64,000 nucleotides of DNA, from contig NC_068988.1 in the NCBI RefSeq assembly GCF_001194135.2, positions 2,682,690-2,746,689 of the forward strand, given 5' to 3'. Of the stretch, positions 62,156-64,000 are shown piece by piece. Origin of the DNA: Octopus bimaculoides. Its lineage: Eukaryota. The position numbers and the translations under genes were made by a program. Every line of letters begins with the position of its first letter. Position 1 is the first letter of the stretch. The notes under the pieces are model-generated. The model searched no databases, was not told where the DNA came from, and was given only the letters and a program-made list of their open reading frames with translations.

Positions 62156-63244
62156 AGGATACCAAAATATTGCAGCTAACATTTGCAGATGATCTAGCAC
62201 TTATTCTCAACAGCTAACTGTTAGTGTGGATCTAAGGTTATGCCTTAATATATGACAAAATATCAACCAAGAAACCAGTGATCGCAGAGCACGTCTGCTT
62301 AATCATTTTCCTCACCCAAAAATCGTGAATAGACTACCAGATGTATTGCATAAGCATAAACCTTTTGCAAGCATGGAAAAGTCGACATTAAAATGATGAT
62401 GATGATGATGTTAATGATAATATATTACACATACACATCCCAGCTGCCATCACTCCTGAACCATTTTAATGAGCATTTCACCAAGCTTGCTTCTTACTCC
62501 ACATTCTTCTAACCTTTCAACTTAAGATACTTGAGTGGGATGAGATTGTCTCATACACATCGGTATCCAAAATTAGCTAAAATTGGTTAAAATTGGTTAG
62601 CCTCTTCTAAACAAAAAAAAAAAAANNNNNNNNNNAAAAAAAAAAAAAAAAGATCAACCCATCATGCATGGTTTTAGTGCTGTATCCAGTCTACAATTAT
62701 TCTGATTGCAAAATAAATTCTTCAGAGTAGAATATTGTTGGTGCCACTCAATAGCTCAATTGAAGTAGTTTACAAATCATAGACATGATTAAATATTTAA
62801 TAAACTAGATTTTTAAATGATACTAAAGTGAGATGAGCTTAATGAAGTAAGTTTCAATTTCATCTGTATGATTAATTTACCTAATGACTGAGAATGTAAT
62901 GTAAATAGGTTAATTGCATTGACCTGTTATGTCAGAAATATGGCCAAACCAAATCTGAAATGTCTTGCATTTCTTCATCAACCTCACCTCCATTTAAATT
63001 TTTAAAGGATTGAATTAGAACCTTACTTGATGCTGGTCACTCAAGTTCAGATGATAATGATTCTATTTGAAGTTATTGATGATAATTAAATAATCTATCA
63101 GAGTTGGAACTGCTATATGATATTTCACTTCCTAACCAATTTTATATTGTCTTCTCTAAGACTGGCAGTATTTATAGAAATTCATTGGAGTCTCACTGTG
63201 TAATGTATAATCACTGATTTAAATCTAGATGAAATATATCTGTA

Positions 63245-63470
63245 TTATTAACCCGTTTGATACGAACCCACCTGAGACTGGCCCTCATATCCTATGATAT
63301 AAATCTGTTCGTATCAAAGTATTTATATGTAAATTAAAACCTTCTATCATAAGAGCCATTTGTTAAGGTCTGGCTTAATAAAAGAGAATTTAATTATTTC
63401 ACTAAATTCTTCCAAATTCTTGATGATCTAAAAAATCAATTGAAATTCATGGGTGGATTTTGTTGCAAAG
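63245..63470. mobile_element. TTAA-type MITE remnant (tentative)
   Basis: Begins TTAACCCGTTTGATACGAACCCACC; no clear second terminus seen. Confidence 0.3.
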
Positions 63471-63699
63471 TTTTGGTACGCTGCATGGGTATTTCCATTT
63501 CCAGTTACTGAACTTACAATAAAGGGATTCCTTTTTACTGTATAAGCATACCAACCTACCATCCTACCATCCTGCATGTTGGACCTTCAATTATTGAAGA
63601 ATCCACATATCAGAACACTGAACTTCCATGGCAGAAATATTCTGTCTTCTATAATTTTATTCACATCTAGGATACATTATACAAATATATATAGGTAGG

Positions 63700-64000
63700 A
63701 GGTGCTCCGAAAGGGGTCTCAGGGAGTAGTGTCCCTGCCTTACTGAGCTAGTTTTCCAGCACATTTCTTAAAAATCATGGCCTTGGTCTCAGGACCACTC
63801 ACATCTAGAAACTGAGGATGGGGGTAAGCAAGGGCATGCTCCCTGTAGAAAATCCAGCTCCAAAAAAGCCTCATGATAGCAAAGGGGAATGAGCACCAGA
63901 CAGCCCAGAGGTTGGGGTAGGCTACACCTACCTACTTGGGTTGATATGGCATTGAGGTAGATCTCGCCACCCTTGTTAACAGGGACAAAAGCTGGATTTA
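63700..64000 (+). mobile_element. GC-richer repeat, possibly the 5' region of an RTE-type retrotransposon, cut by the window end
   Basis: Contains AAGGGCATGCTCCCTGTAGAAAATCC, related to the AAGGGCATCCAGCTGTAGAAA motif of the SINE bodies; class is inference. Confidence 0.35.

Overview
Eukaryotic, AT-rich, microsatellite-saturated genomic DNA from a short-read draft assembly, with 11 N-gaps that all abut simple repeats. The repeat families (tRNA-headed SINEs ending in (GAT)n, (CAA)n-tailed retroposons, mariner/hAT fossils) look to me like Octopus or another coleoid cephalopod; this is inference, not a database result. I cannot recognise any host gene. Almost all ORFs in the track are microsatellite translations, gap-spanning artefacts or antisense shadows of transposons, and only a few low-confidence exon candidates exist. 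Supported content is a graveyard of mobile elements: mariner and maT-like Tc1/mariner fossils, a hAT transposase fossil, several MITEs (some with TSDs), three fragments of an RLE-bearing (R4/Dong-like) LINE, RTE, Tx1-like and Penelope-like remnants, and many SINEs. The most interesting signal is four minimal type I hammerhead-ribozyme-like folds in four unrelated repeat contexts (4527-4562, 15235-15338, 40937-40980, 60027-60075). All are on the minus strand and each carries substitutions relative to the canonical motif. One sits in an element that combines a Pol III tRNA-like head with a Penelope-style hammerhead tail.
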